A stretch of DNA of 64,000 nt from Eledone cirrhosa (GCA_964016885.1 OZ024743.1:362452001-362516000); one strand, 5' to 3'. Positions 1 to 13,488 are shown, numbered from the stretch's first letter. The notes: generated by a model not told the origin, from the letters alone. Numbers and translations: made by a program.

Positions 1-974
1 TGTTGTTGTGGTGGTGGTAATTTGATGGAGGTGAGCAATATTAGTTGGTAAGCAGTTCTGCAGAAGCTGCCATGTTTTGAAATTTCAAAAAATGGCAACT
101 TACGAGCAAAATAAAAAGAAAAAATACAGCTTTGAAGTAGTTTTTTTTATAAATTTTATGATGAAGGGATTTTATCTTGAAATATAAGAAACTATAAAGA
201 ACTGCAAACAAGATAACATCATTGTTATTATATTTTTAGTATTTACTAGCTAATTCACATTGTGGAAGCCTTGAAAAAAACATCATTTTCTACACAACAC
301 ACAATGATTTAAGCTAACAACACCATCTTATATAAACATATTTATATGTATAATTATGAAAAAGTTAAACACTATCAAATTCTTTAGTATAGACAGTATC
401 TTTCATTAGAAACAGTAATGAAATGGTTTAAAAGTACAAACATGATAGTATTTGTTTTCTCAGTAAAACCAGTCTAGACAACTATATTTCACCAGTAATT
501 TCTTAATTCTCTCTTTAAATTTAGTATGTGAAGTTTGAATGAAATATAATTTTGAGTTAGCATTCAAGTCAAGAGACTATCCCTTCCATGTTAAAACTGG
601 GGAAGATGTCAATTCAGCTCTTAAGTTGCTATGGATTTGTTTGCAAAGAGAGGATTAGCTGCTGTATAAGCTCTCATATTGATAAATACATCAACCGATA
701 CAAAAGATTAGCTGCAGTTTCAGCTCCTATGTTGATATAGTGATTGGCTGTTGCAAATAGCAGAGAGAGAGGGGGGGGGGGGCACGTGCACGCATGTGTA
801 TTTGTCAGTGTTTCATCACTACAATAATGAGAATGCATTATTTGTATGAGGAGGAGTTATTTTAACATTGAATCGAGTTATTCCTCGCAGTAATGTGTCA
901 TGCTGAGGTTTTCTTTCCTTCTCTCTGACATTTCTACTGCAACTTTGCTCATATGAATTGTAAGAATTTAATGA

Positions 975-1275
975 ATTAAATTGATACAACCACAACATCA
1001 ACATATGCAATTATTCAACCACAATTTATGAACATTTACTTATACAACCACAACCTAAACAATAATACCACAAGAACCTAAACACTTTCAATTATACAAC
1101 CACACCCTAATCCCAATCAGTTATACAATCTAAACATATTCAATTATACTACAATATATACATAGAATTAAACAATTACAACTTATTTGCATTCAATTAT
1201 ATGACAACAACCTAAACACATTCAATTATACAAAATGGTTGGCACAGGTAATGGTTGGCACAGGTAATGGTTGCA
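975..1275. repeat. Degenerate ~28-bp minisatellite plus a 16-bp tandem, downstream of the ACBD5 stop
   Basis: caattatacaaccacaacctaaacacatt-like units; aatggttggcacaggt x2.5 at 1234-1273. Confidence 0.65.
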
Positions 1276-1480
1276 AAACATACCTAAAAAAAGAGCCCTT
1301 GATGAGTATGAAGCAACAATAGCCCATAAACTAAGTCAATTTGTATTGCCGTACACGTACAAATGTTCCATGAAGGAATAAACATACCACACAAATTCCA
1401 AGGCTTTACATTCACTGTCAGTTAATACACAATAGGAATAATGTTTTGTTCTTGAAAACAAGATCACTTACAATATAATT

Positions 1481-1600
1481 TTATCTCTGCTGTCGACGTT
1501 TTGAAGTAATGTGAAATATCCAGTGAACCAAAACCGGCCATAATGTGAAGAAAAGAAATGTCTTCAAAGAAATATCTTGGAATGGCCACCAGGAGGAAAT
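1481..1600 (-). CDS. ACBD5: ACBD5 terminal exon 9, tail anchor (ISSWWPFQDISLKTFLFFTLWPVLVHWIFHITSKRRQQR*)
   Basis: SWWPF...WP TM helix plus basic tail typical of ACBD5. The nine exons sum to 1653 nt (550 aa plus stop) with consistent phases. Not in the ORF track (<60 aa). Confidence 0.95.
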   Translation of the reverse strand: MSSWWPFQDISLKTFLFFTLWPVLVHWIFHITSKRRQQR

Positions 1601-1769
1601 CTGAAAAGAAATACAATATATTTAAAAAATAAGAGTGCTATAATCTGCTTGAAACATTGTGGGATATGAAAAGTGGTTATGTTAAGGAAGCCACTACAAT
1701 GCAAGTAGAGTTGTAAATATTAGTGCAACTGTATATAGCAGCAGAGGAAGAAAAACAAGAATTAGAGAT

Positions 1770-1959
1770 AATTGTTTCTACTTTTGGCACAAGGCCAGCA
1801 ATTATCCCAGTGTATTACTGGTACTTTATTTCATCGACCCCGTAATGATGAAAGGCAAAGTTAACCTCGACGGGATTTGAATTCAGACCATAAAGGGCTG
1901 TAACTCATTGCTGCAAAACATGGTGTCCAACCCTCTACCAATACTGCCAATCCACCACC
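1770..1959 (-). mobile_element. tRNA-derived SINE with 14-bp TSD (caagaattagagat)
   Basis: A/B-box-like head, conserved core gcctttcat...ggggtcgat.aaataaagtaccag; TSD at 1756-1769 and 1960-1973. Confidence 0.85.
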
Positions 1960-2599
1960 CAAGAATTAGAGATGTTACCCAGAAAATATCTATTATGCCC
2001 AATATTTTGGATGTACCATCCATTATCAAGAGGTTCATTGGGAACCTCGGAGAATGAATGTCTTTGAGATAATGTAAATATATATATGCTACAAAATGCT
2101 TGTAGTTCCATATGAATTTATGATATATAAGCTGGCAGTCTAAATAACATCCATTAAACAACTTCATCTTTGTGTGGAGACAAAACAGTTTTGTTACCAT
2201 ATTTCTAATGAAATACTGTACCCATGATTATCAAATAATTTGGAGGAATTTAGTAATATAACTAACTTTCTCATTATTAAGTTGGTGTTTGAAATATAAC
2301 TTAACAAAATCCTCGCATAAAATTATAATGGAAGGTTTTTAGATAAATGTAGAACCAGGGGTTTAAAAAATACATGTAGAACAAAGGGGATTTTCAGGTA
2401 GTTTGGTATCAAAAGGGTTAAATAACTCACTCTTTACAATATCTTGGGTTCAAATATAAAGATTTGGTTAAATAAATAACTATATAAATAAAAATATGTA
2501 AATAAAAATGGACTAAATGAATAAAACCATTCTTGTATCAAAGAAAAGTTCTTATTTAAAATGTCAAGACACTCCTCTTGTTTTTGCATTTGTTTCATA

Positions 2600-2775
2600 T
2601 CAGTAGAGGGTCGGACGCCATGCTTTGCAGCAAAGAGTTACTTCCCTTTATGGACTGAGTTCAAATCCCGCTGAGGTTAACTTTGCTTTTCATCCTTACG
2701 GGGTCGATAAAATAAAGTACCAGTAATACACTGAGGTAATTGCTGGCTTTGTGCCAAAAAGTAGAAACAATTATT
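2600..2775 (+). mobile_element. tRNA-derived SINE, same family
   Basis: gagttcaaatcc B box, core and gtagaaacaattatt tail. Confidence 0.8.
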
Positions 2776-3152
2776 TTCCATTCCTAGTCACAAAAATTTA
2801 TCTTATGCCCCCCCCCCCCCCCCCCCCCAAATACACACACACACAAAATGACCACAGCAGACTAGCTGGAACCAATAAAAGAAGCCAATAAAAAGAAAAT
2901 AGAAAGAAGAAAAACACAAACAAGAAGATAGGAAAGTTGAAAGCAAAAAAAAGAGAAAAGAAAAACAGAGAAGCAAGAAAAAGAAAGAGGAAACAACATC
3001 TGAGGAAGGGGCTGCATATGGTGGAAAAGGCAGATGTAGTAGATATCAGTGACCGTTCTTTATGGCAGTGCTGTTCTTTGTGAAGCCCTGAAATAAACTG
3101 TCAAACCAAGAGTGTATAGTTTGTTTGTTTTGTTTAGTCTTTTATATTTTGT

Positions 3153-3192
<40 letters not shown>

Positions 3193-3243
3193 TGGGGGAG
3201 AGGGGGAGGGGCTGGAAGGGTATTGTTTTTCTTCTGTGTATAT

Positions 3244-3595
3244 AATAATTGTTTCTACTTTTGGCACAAGGCCAGCAATTATGCCAGTGTATGCTTTATT
3301 TTATTGACCCCATCAGGATGAAAGGCAAAGTTAACCTCGGTGGGATTTGAACTCAAACCGTAAGGGGCCGTAACTCTATGCTGCAAAACATGGCGTCCGA
3401 CCTTCTACCGATACTGCCAATTTAATGCCTCTCTAATTCAGGCACAACGCCAGCAACGTTGGGGAGAGGGGAAAGTGCTTTATTTTATCGACCCCATAAG
3501 GATAAAAAGCAAAGCTAACCTCAGCAGGATTTGAACTCAGAACATAAAGGGTTGTAACTATGCTGCTAAAAATGTAGTCCCGACGCTCTACCGAA
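3244..3595 (-). mobile_element. Two adjacent tRNA-derived SINEs
   Basis: Core and B box occur twice (~3244-3420 and ~3435-3595). Confidence 0.75.
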
Positions 3596-4349
3596 TAATT
3601 ATAAAAAAAATCAAAAAATCTGGGTAGAAGGAAAAAATAATTATAAAACGTAAATGAAATATATAAGGGAAAAAACTCTTGATACCTTCTAAACAACAAA
3701 ATTGAAGTAGTTATGCCATGAATTGTATAGTTGCATTGTCAGTGAAAACTCAAATTGTTTTTAAGCAACTAGTCAACCCTGTATAGTCATTGAGTGTCAC
3801 CAGCTCTCATTAGGTTGAATAACATACACCGTTTTAAATGCTATCTATGTTAAAATATACGTGTGCATGGTTGGACTCCATTTACTTCCATAGTGGCTGG
3901 TAAGCCCTAGTGGGCTTTGAACTCAAAATACAAAGAGCTGGAACAAATACCACAAGATATTTCAACCATGACTCTAACAATTCCGCATCTCAAGACTGGT
4001 ATTTTATATATCAACCCCAAATGTATGTAAAGCGAAGTTAACCTCGGAATAGTTTGAAGCCAGGACACAAAAAGCTGGAATAAATACAGTAAAGCATTTC
4101 ATCCCCCACTGTAACGCTTCTGCAACATCGCCAAATTTGTTTCCAGTACCAGATTGTAAAATGTGATAGAAAAATCAGTCATAAGATAATAATCCTCAAC
4201 ATCATCATCATCATTATTTAATGCCCATTATTCCATGCTTGCATTGGTTAGGCAGGTTGTCACGTTATGGGAAAGTCAGGTCCAGAGACCACATTATGCT
4301 CTTACAGATCTGTAATTTGGCTTGGTTTCTACAACTGGATGTCCTTCCT

Positions 4350-4590
4350 AACACCAATCACATTACAGTGTGGACTGGTGATTTTTATCGTGTCAGCAGC
4401 ATAACTATCTTATACAGTGGACTGGGTGCCTATGTCATGTCACCAGCATGACCACCTGACAGGGTAGACTGGGAGCTTTTTCTCATGTCACCAACAAGAC
4501 CACCTTACAGGATGGATTGGGTGCTTTTGTTGTTGTGACACCAGATTAACATACATAGTAGACTTAGTGCTTTTTATCAACGGCAATAGC
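4350..4590. repeat. Degenerate ~48-bp tandem units inside an interspersed repeat (similar at 15880-16110)
   Basis: Recurrent acag..tggactgggtgctttt...tgtcaccagca unit, about 5 copies. Confidence 0.6.
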
Positions 4591-4829
4591 ATTGTAGGAA
4601 ATCACATGTATAGCATGTCCAGCTTTTATGCTTCTATGTGTGGGTTGAGCAGATGATGTGTATCAGAAGTGAGGGTTTGGAGGGAGTGACAAGTAAATCA
4701 GTTTGAATTCAACAAAGTGTGTGGGATATATAGCTGGTGAGCATTGGGTATTAAGACTGGGGATGGGTGAAATGAAGATAGGTGTAGACTAGTGTGTCCT
4801 TTATGTGTGTTCATTTCATTTTGTGCACA

Positions 4830-6170
4830 TGAGTTCAGCATGCCACCAGAGATCTCGATCCTGTGTTATCTCCTTTGTGAGGTTTAATTAAGCAAGGTCA
4901 ACTTTTTTATCACTTCATCCAAAGCTTTCCTAGGTCTCCTTCTTCCATAGTTTCCACTGACATTGAGTGGTCTGACTTTTCTATTCAGTTATCATCTTCC
5001 ATATGCATCTCATGTCCTGTAATCTCCTCTCCTGTACAGTGTATCTGACCCCTCTTATGCCTAGTTTCTCTCTTAGTTCATTGATGCTTTGTCTTTCATG
5101 CACACAACTATTACACATCCAGAGCATGCAAACTTTATTTCTTTCCAATCTTTATAGGTCCTCTCCACATATTGCCCAGGTCTTGCTTCCATGTGGCATT
5201 GCTGTTTGTACACAAGCTTCATACCATCTGCCTTTCATTTTGAGAGAAAGAATTTTGTAACTAGCAGCAGTAGTCGCTCCCTAAACTTTTTCTATGCCAT
5301 TCTAACTCTGGCTACAATAATTTCAGAACACCCACTTCCACTGCTAATTTAATCACCTAGGTAACAGAAACTATCAACTACCTCTACAGTGCTCTCTGAT
5401 CATTTAAAGGCACTTGTTTCCTATGGGGTCTTGCTACTTAATGCTGCTCCTGTGCATCAACCACATACAAAACCTACATTATTTGCTAGACTGTCTGAGA
5501 TCCAACTACATCTTTTGCATACCCATAATTTGCATTCGAGACATATGATGGAATTTCCACCTACTCCATTCCTGCACAGTAAGTAGGGCCATTTTCCTGA
5601 GGGGATCTTTATTAGGACTTTAAGTCTTTGCCAAGTTGAATTTAAGACCTTTTGATTCTAGGCCATACTTTGTTTGAAATTTCTACTCTAATTCTGCCAT
5701 AGATTCAGCTAAGAGGGTTAGTTCATCTACATACAGAAATTCCCATGTGCAACCAGTCTTAAACTCTTCTGTTATAGCCTGCAGGACAATAGTAAACAGG
5801 AGAGGGCTAATAACAGAGCCCTGGTGGACTCTAACCTGCATGCTAAATTCTTCACTAGAGTCATTGTTAATTCTAACCTTACTGACTGCTCTATACATGG
5901 CTTATACTGCTTTCACAAGCCACTCATCTACTCCTAGTTTTCTAGGAGCCCACAAGATTATGGAATGGAGGACTCTGTCAAAAGCTTTCTCCAGGTAAAA
6001 AAATGCTATGAAGAGAGGCTTACTTTTAGCTAGGCACTTCTGCAATTGCCTCACAAGCGAGAGAGTATCAATAGTACTTTTACCTGGCACAAATCTAAAC
6101 TGCATTTCATCTAGTTTAATTCGGTCCCTAATCAGCTGTGCTATATCTCTTTCTGTGACTTTCATGACAT
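4830..6170 (-). mobile_element. Degraded RTE-type LINE RT fragment
   Basis: QFRFVPGKSTID, LEKAFDRV, VHQGSVISPLLF, YVDEL motifs. Confidence 0.8.
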
Positions 6171-6174
6171 CAAC

Positions 6175-7040
6175 TTGATGCTTCCATAGACTCCGCCAAG
6201 AATGTGTACTATCACCTCTCTTGTTCATTATTTTCATGAACAGGATTGACATGTGCAGCTGGGTTGGAAGTGGTATCATGACTGGTGGATGTAAAATCAA
6301 TTTGTAGACGACTTGGTGTTACTTAACTTGACAGGTGATCTCCAAATTGCATTTTGTAGGTTTGATGCCGAGTGCTGCATGGCTAGAATCAAAATCAGTG
6401 CTGCAAAAAACTGAGATACTCATCCTCTCAAGGAAGTTTGCGCAGTGCACTCTACATGTGAATGGAGTTCTACTGAAGCAGGTAGAGAAATTCAAGTATC
6501 TCGGGGGCATGTTCCCGAGTGATGGAAGGCAGGAGGCTAAATTAAGTGCAGCAGGAGTTGTTGCAATAATGCACCAGCTTCAGCAATCGGTAATCAGAAG
6601 GGAAGTAGGTGTAAAGACCAAATTTGCTATCTTCAATTCAGTATTCATGCCAACCCTTACCTATTGTCATGAATCTTGGTTAATGACCAAAAGAACATGA
6701 TCATGAATACAAGCGGCCCAAATGGGTTTCATCCAAACGGTCTTTGCAGTAACGTTACTCAATATATTGCGTAGCTCGGAGATGAGAGAGTCAGCCCAGG
6801 TAGAGCCACTACTTATCTGAATTGTGAGATCACAGCTCCGATACTATGCATACGTGGCTAGAATGTTTCCAGAAAGAATCTGACAAATTTTACAGGCAAA
6901 ACCAACTGGCAGGAGACCCAGGGGCAGTCCTCGAGCAAGATGGTTGGATAACTTCCATGAGCTTGAATGGTCTTGCTTGGGGACCCAGCCAAATCAGTTG
7001 GAGATGGTTGCTTCTGACAGGATCTGCTGGAAGGAGTGTT
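6175..7040 (+). mobile_element. Degraded RTE-type LINE 3' portion
   Basis: LSPLLFIIFM, QVEKFKYLG, PTLTY.HESW, RPRG.PR..W motifs. Confidence 0.8.
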
Positions 7041-7044
7041 AATT

Positions 7045-7950
7045 TCTTTATTAGCCACACAGGGCTCACATTAAGGAAACATGAAAGACAGTACAGGACA
7101 ATACAGTGAGGGATTTTTTTCATGTAAAATAAAATTTATAACAGAGACTAAGAAAAATAAACATTTAAAGAAAAACAAACGTAACAAATTCCCCAAAGGT
7201 GAGGAGACTCCAAGGGTCACTCATGGAGTGAGTAATCCCACAAAAAGCTATGGTCACTCTGTTCACTAGGCCAAAGTGAACACCACCCTCCCCCACCTTT
7301 CAACAAACTGGTTGAAAGGCAGTACTTCCCTCTCCAACCTGATTTTCTTCTTCAAGTGAAACCTGAAAAAGATAATCAGGGCTTCACTGAAAATAATAAT
7401 AGTTGCAATGATTTCTTTATTAGCCACACAGAGCTCACATCATGAAAACAAGGATGGCACAGAACAATACAGTGTGGGTTTTGCATGTAAAAAATGTTAA
7501 TGAAAATGATGAAAACTGTAAAATTCAAAGAAAAACAAATTTCTTAATATGGAAGAAACTTTCGAGTGTCACTCATAGAGAGTGCCCACAAAAGGCTATG
7601 GTCACCCTGACTGCTAGAGCACATCCCTCTCCCAGTTGTCCTCCTCCAATCTGCAGGTGCATACTCAGAGTAGACCCATTTTCTCATACCATGCTCACCA
7701 CCCTCCCCCACCTTTCAAAAAACTGGTTGGAAGGTAACACTCCCCTCTCCATCCTGATTTTCCTCTTCGAGTGAAGCCTGAAAAAGTTAATTAGGACTTT
7801 GCCGAAGAGAAAAGTGTTTGTCTTCAATCATTTCAAACTTGTCTACCACACAACCTCTTTCACCAGGCAGAGAAAAACTGCCTGGCTTTCCTGGCTAAAT
7901 GAAGGTGGCAGAGCAGTCTTCACGATGGACTCAGCTGAAAGTTGGATCCA
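7045..7950 (-). mobile_element. Two tandem 3'-end fragments of the same Tx1-like family (~7045-7395 and ~7410-7950)
   Basis: Share the terminal tgtggc(t/a)aataaagaaa and the ORF2 C-terminal segment with copies A and B. Confidence 0.75.
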
Positions 7951-8927
7951 TCCTACAATTTCTGGAAATTATTTATAAGCCCTTGACCGAAAATCCTCAG
8001 TGTCCAGTGTCGGCCCAAGAATGTCAGTGTTTTTACCTGCCACTAACACTTTATAGAATGCCAAGGTAGAGTTTCCACTGGTTAATGCTAGTGTGGAAGA
8101 TGGATGTTAAATGATGATGTACTGTCCAATAGACAGAACACTGTGAAAACTTAAAGACATTTCAGCTTCAAGTGCTCCCTCTCTGTCTTCACTTGACACA
8201 GGACTGCAGCTACATCAAGGAGATGAACTGGGGAAAATATGTCTTGTTGTGACCACTTTGTTCACTGTCAAGATCAAGTAAAAGCTTGGGATATCATAGC
8301 CTGCCACGGCAGGCCCAGTTTTCAATGCAGCTTGTAATGACAGCAAGTAGACCAACTGACGATTGGCATACATCACTTCCACAAAAAGTAAAAGAGCAAA
8401 CGCTCCAGACATGGACCAGGATATGGCACAATGGTCAGGAAGTATTAGATGACTGACATGACAAACATTTGCCACCTCTGGTCAACCTTTCAAGGATAGC
8501 TTCCTCTTGTCTCTTTTCTGGGGGAGAGCAGCCACCCTGCTCATTACCTTTGCCCAGTTTTAGTCTATCTGGAGGTCTGGACCAAACCAGACCCCTAACA
8601 ATGTAACAGGTCTGTTCATCCAGTGCCTGACAACGGTGTTGGATGGGATGCCCCTGCTTCTCCAGGTACCGAGCTGCAAGCCCACCAACTTTCCTGGTTA
8701 ATTTTCGCTCTTGTTACCGCTTCATACTCTCTGAAGGCAATGCCAATCATCTCAATGCCTTTGGAGTTCGACACCACTATGGTATATGTTGACACAGTTC
8801 TTCCACATCCTCGATGTTTCCAATTTCTGTAGCAGTGGCTCGTTAGTCAATACATACAATAAGGATAATAGGGGACAAAATATGCTTAGATCAAACAAAA
8901 AATTCATTTTAATTAATGAACACTTAC

Positions 8928-9151
8928 GGTTTTCTGCTTTCTACGACTTTCCTCCAGTGTATCCAGCCGATTAATCACAACAACGAGATCACTCTGGAGT
9001 CGTGACAATGCTAAAGCAATTTGTTCTGTAACACAATTTGGTGGATTCATCACCATAGCAACGCTACCAGCTGGCCGTCCAGCCCCACCAGCACCACTTC
9101 CAAGGTTCGGTATTTGAGCACTCCCTGGATAGTATCCTATATCTCCTTGAC
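8928..9151 (-). CDS. ACBD5: ACBD5 coding exon 8, coiled coil (EQIALALSRLQSDLVVVINRLDTLE)
   Basis: Matches the ACBD5 coiled-coil pattern EQIAL.L.RLQ.D...V..RL..LE; tacag|...|gtaagt, 224 bp, phase 1->0. Confidence 0.94.
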
Positions 9152-10839
9152 CTGTATACAAATAGAGAAATAATAAGTATTAGAAAAAAGTAGTTTATTA
9201 CTTCTAGAGAAAGAAATGGAAGTTCTCTTATAACATCAAAATTGTTGTTTTTATTACTTACTTGTTTCTTTTCTACCATAATATGCTAAGTGTTTCAAAC
9301 ATTGTCAGATGGATTATTTTTTATTCTCATAATTTAGTATTCGTAATAATCCTCATTGTAACACACGTTAAAAGAAACAAAGGTATAAATTTTCAAATTT
9401 CAAATTAGTCTGACGATATAACTATCACAAAAACCGACATATAGTCTGATAAGGGACTTAATTATGATAAATTAACTTAAGAGTTACCTCCCTTGAAACA
9501 AAATTTTTGATAGTGTGGCAAAGTTTTTATGATTCCCAAGCAGAAATTCATTACAAAATATTTGACAAAATAAAAAATGAATCTCTGAATAATTTCACTG
9601 AAGTATGAATTACAGCAGAATTGTCTTGGTCAGAGTACTTCCATCTTCTAAACCTGCTGTCTGTCAAGTTAGGAGATGGAGAAACACAGAACAGCGAGAG
9701 TAATAGTACGAGCATTAGTGTTAAATAAAAACTCACAGAAAGTTGAAAAATCCTTTCTCAAACCAAAATGTTTATCAGAGAGTAAGCAACTGAAGATGGA
9801 ATGCCAGTCCATTGCAAGGATACCTACAACCCCACCAGTTCTTCTTCAGTGGATAGAAGCAATGTAAAATAAAGTATCTTATTCAAGGACACTTGTCCAG
9901 TCTAGAGACCAAAACCATGGCTTGACAATTGTGAGAATAACACCTTACAAACTAAGCTATCATACTTTGTATAATTTTCCTCGTATTTGATTTCAAGGCC
10001 AGAACGGAAATTTCATAATAGCTATACTGGCAAAGAAGTGTATGAGAAGAGTGGAAATAAAGGGGAATTTTTGAGAGACAAAGGTTAATGGTGTACATAT
10101 CTATATGTATTACATGAAAGCGATAAGCTGTGTTACTTTATCTAGCAGATGATGATGATGATGGAGAATACTACAAATCTAGTAATAAAGAAAAAGGAGA
10201 TGTATGAGAGCTGGAAAGAAATAATAATATTTTGCTGAATGTGCAATGTTAGTGTACATGAAAGATGGAAATTATGGGTGCTGGCACTACAAGTGTTTTC
10301 AGGCCATACCCCATGACAAAATCCTCCATTTTGCACCACCGTCTTCATTCCCCTTGCCAAACTCTGGTTTTCATTTCCTCTGCTATAATCTTTAACTGTT
10401 TCCTTCTTGCTCTTCCTCTTCCTCCACTTCCTTCTACATTTATTTCCATCATTCCTCTCAACAAGTCACTTTCATCCTTTTTCAACACATGATCCAACCA
10501 TCTTGTTCCATTTCTCAGAGCTGAGACAAAAACGAGTTAGTATAAGTGGAATAAGCTGTAGTGCACAAAAGAGAATACATTGCTAGTATGACTGTATGAT
10601 ATGTATGAAGGATAAAAGTTACATGAAGAAGTATCAAGCAATCCAAACGGAATATAAAGCAGAAATGAAGACTGATCTAAGGATGCTAAACCCCATAAAA
10701 GAGATGAGAGAGACTGCAATAAAAGTTAAGATGTACTAGAGAAGACCTGTCCAGCCTATGCAAGTAAAAGAAAAAGAAAAACAGGCATAAAATGATGATA
10801 ACAACCAAGAAAAATTTCGAAATTTTCTTTTCTACTAAC

Positions 10840-11308
10840 CTCTTCCCACATTCCTTGAAGAAAGACCATAACTACTGGTGGAAACTCTCCTGGTTGGCCG
10901 ACGAGAAGGCCCTTCTTCACCACCACGTATAGTAACATCCATTTCAGCCTCATGCCCAGCAACTGGTAGTCTTAGTTGGTGTTCATCTTCGGGTATACCA
11001 TTAACAAAGCATTCATGCTCAACATCACTGACTGACTGCCTAGAAGCGATGTTCACTGCCATACTGTCTGTAGAGAATTTACGATTTGGTATATAAGCAT
11101 AAGGGTTTGTGTTGGCCATCACCATCATCTCAGGTTGCACTGACATGGTAGATATTCTGGTTGATGTTTGAATTCCAGCAAGCACCATGTTGGCAGACTG
11201 GTGTAGGTTGTTATAGTCAGGGTCATCCCTCTTTGTTGTTTTCACAGGAGACTCCGTAAATACTGCTTCGTTATCACTGCTGGTTGTTGAACTTGAGATA
11301 TCATTAAC
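10840..11308 (-). CDS. ACBD5: ACBD5 coding exon 7 (VNDISSSTTSSDNEAVF...RNVGR/G)
   Basis: 469-bp open exon, ttgcag|...G|gttagt, phase 0->1, compatible with both neighbours. Confidence 0.88.
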
Positions 11309-12094
11309 CTGCAATCATCAAATAGATCTGTATGTTTTTTGTTTGTATTGTTTTCTTTTCTGAGGATTTATTTTTTTAACAACTTATTTCAATTCAATTC
11401 AATTCATTGAAATTGTATTCAAACAATAAGCATTCTAAAGTCATTTTCCCTGCCAGGGCAGAGACTAGCTTTGCATGAGGTCCTTCCTAGGCTAATGTTT
11501 CATGGCCAGATGCCTTTCTTAGTGCTAATCTTTTTAGTCACCTTTTAGAACATGCAGGGACATGGTGTACCTATTCTAAATGCACAATACAAAATTATAT
11601 TCAAACGCAATGATAAATTAACATTAAAATTTTATATGGTGAATTGGCTAAGTTGTTAGATCTTAGGACAAACTGTCTTGCAATATTTATTCTGGCTCCA
11701 AGTTCAAATTCTGCTGAGATCAATGTTGCCTTTTATCCTTTCAGGGTCAACAAAATAAAATACTAGTTAAGAGAAGAATCAGCTGCTGATATTCATCTTC
11801 AGTTAAGTGAACAGGACCAACATGAGATGAAGTGTCTTGCTCAATGACACAAGGCAGTTTGGAATGCACAACCTTGTGATTATATGCCCAACACCCTAAC
11901 TACTAGGCTACATGACTTCACTGCAAAAACTCTATACCACTACAAAAACTCACTTATACAGGGCCAATGCCATACTCCCTGTCATCTATGTGAATGGTAC
12001 TTCACAAATCATTGCTCAAGTGACACAAACACTAAATATCACCAATGATTTTAATGGCTTGGTCTGAAAGAAGATATGACACTCAAAGTCCTTA

Positions 12095-12260
12095 GGTGGA
12101 TTGGCTGTATCGGTAGAGGGTCGGACGCCATGCTTTGCGGCATACAGTTACGGCCCTTTACAGTCTGAGTTCAAACCCAGCCAAGGTTAACTTTGCCTTT
12201 CATCCTTACGGGGTTGATAAAATAAAGCACCAGTAATGCCAAAAATAGAAACAATTATTA
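12095..12260 (+). mobile_element. tRNA-derived SINE
   Basis: Same head, core and tail blocks. Confidence 0.8.
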
Positions 12261-12352
12261 GTATTATATTAGCAATAAGGAAATCATGATGTAATCTCAT
12301 TAAAGATAATCAGATCACAGACCAAGATAAAGCCAAGAATATCTTTACATAC

Positions 12353-12630
12353 CTTTAATGTTTCATGTAGTGTGTCAATAGTGTCACAATATTCCACATC
12401 ACTGTCAGTATCACTGGTCACTTGTTGACCCCCAATAGACAATAATGAATCAGTCATTATAGTCTCCTGATCATCCCCATTCTCACTTCTGTCTGCACCC
12501 TTGTCATTAACAGAATCTTTCTCACTGCTATGGTTGTATTGGTGGTTTGAGTTAACCTCTGGGAGATCATTATGGTTATTGTTGCTGCTGCTGCTGTTGT
12601 TGTTGTTGATATGATGATGATGACCTGAAG
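12353..12630 (-). CDS. ACBD5: ACBD5 coding exon 6, containing the FFAT motif (SDTDSDVEYCDTID)
   Basis: Acidic tract plus YCD core as in the ACBD5 FFAT; ttttcag|...AAG|gtatgt, 278 bp, phase 1->0. Confidence 0.92.
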
Positions 12631-12801
12631 CTGAAAAAATATAACAAATACAATACACAGTGCACCACAATTAGCTTACTGAATATAAAGATATATAATA
12701 ATAGTGTGCTCGCAAATGGGAAACGTTTCAAAAAGCTCATGTAACAACATAAATGTCATGTACTTACATAAATTTCTTACGTATTACTTTTGGAATAATG
12801 T

Positions 12802-13001
12802 TTAACTCCTTTCATCCCAAACCACCTGAAACTACCCCTGGTTCTATGATACAAAAGTGTATATTTTAATTGTTTCTCTATCTAAAAACATTCCACCACA
12901 ATTTTATTTAAGGCCCTTAATAATACTTGATTATTTTCAAAATTATTTGAAAATCATAGGCAATGTCTTCCATTAGAAATATAGTAAAACAGAAGGTTTA
13001 A
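12802..13001. mobile_element. piggyBac-like MITE (related copies at ~2190-2422, 13575-13752, 17230-17445, 53480-53660)
   Basis: TTAA-CTCCTTT...GAAGGT-TTAA termini; shared internal blocks (aag.tggtgtttg.aa..taacttaa). Confidence 0.5.
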
Positions 13002-13374
13002 TATCACTAAGTTTTCTGTTTTAGTCACATTTCTTAACAGTTAACTAATTATAGTCCGCCCTATATATTACAAAGAATTAATATTGATTATTAATTAAAA
13101 CAGTAATATTGTTCTTTTGATTTTTTTTTTGTAAAGAAAATTGCTCTTCACACAATTACGATGCCTGCAATTTCAACAATCAACAGTGAAAGTGTTGGTG
13201 AAGAAAAATATTAATGACTAAACCTTCTGTACCAATTATGTTAATTATGCACAAACACATGCACTTATACACACACATACATATGTATGAACATGCATAA
13301 GTACACTCAACCACGTAAACATATATACACACATTTGCCATGGCATTTTATTACTATGGCAAATAATAGCTGAC

Positions 13375-13488
13375 CTGTCTTATCGGTAACAGCAGGAGTG
13401 CAGTCTAAATCCATCTCTTGAACTGCATTCATATTTGAGGACACATCATTGGAAAAGTGAACAAAATTCTCATTTCGAGGAAAGAGAT
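13375..13488 (-). CDS. ACBD5: ACBD5 coding exon 5 (DLFPRNENF...DKT/G), linker
   Basis: Strong polypyrimidine tract and cag acceptor, G|GTCAGC donor, 114 bp, phase 1->1, open frame. No recognisable conserved motif. Confidence 0.75.

Noticed and set aside
4350-4590. Regularly spaced repeats as a CRISPR-like array
   Set aside because: Eukaryotic context; the units are degenerate along their whole length, with no unique spacers.
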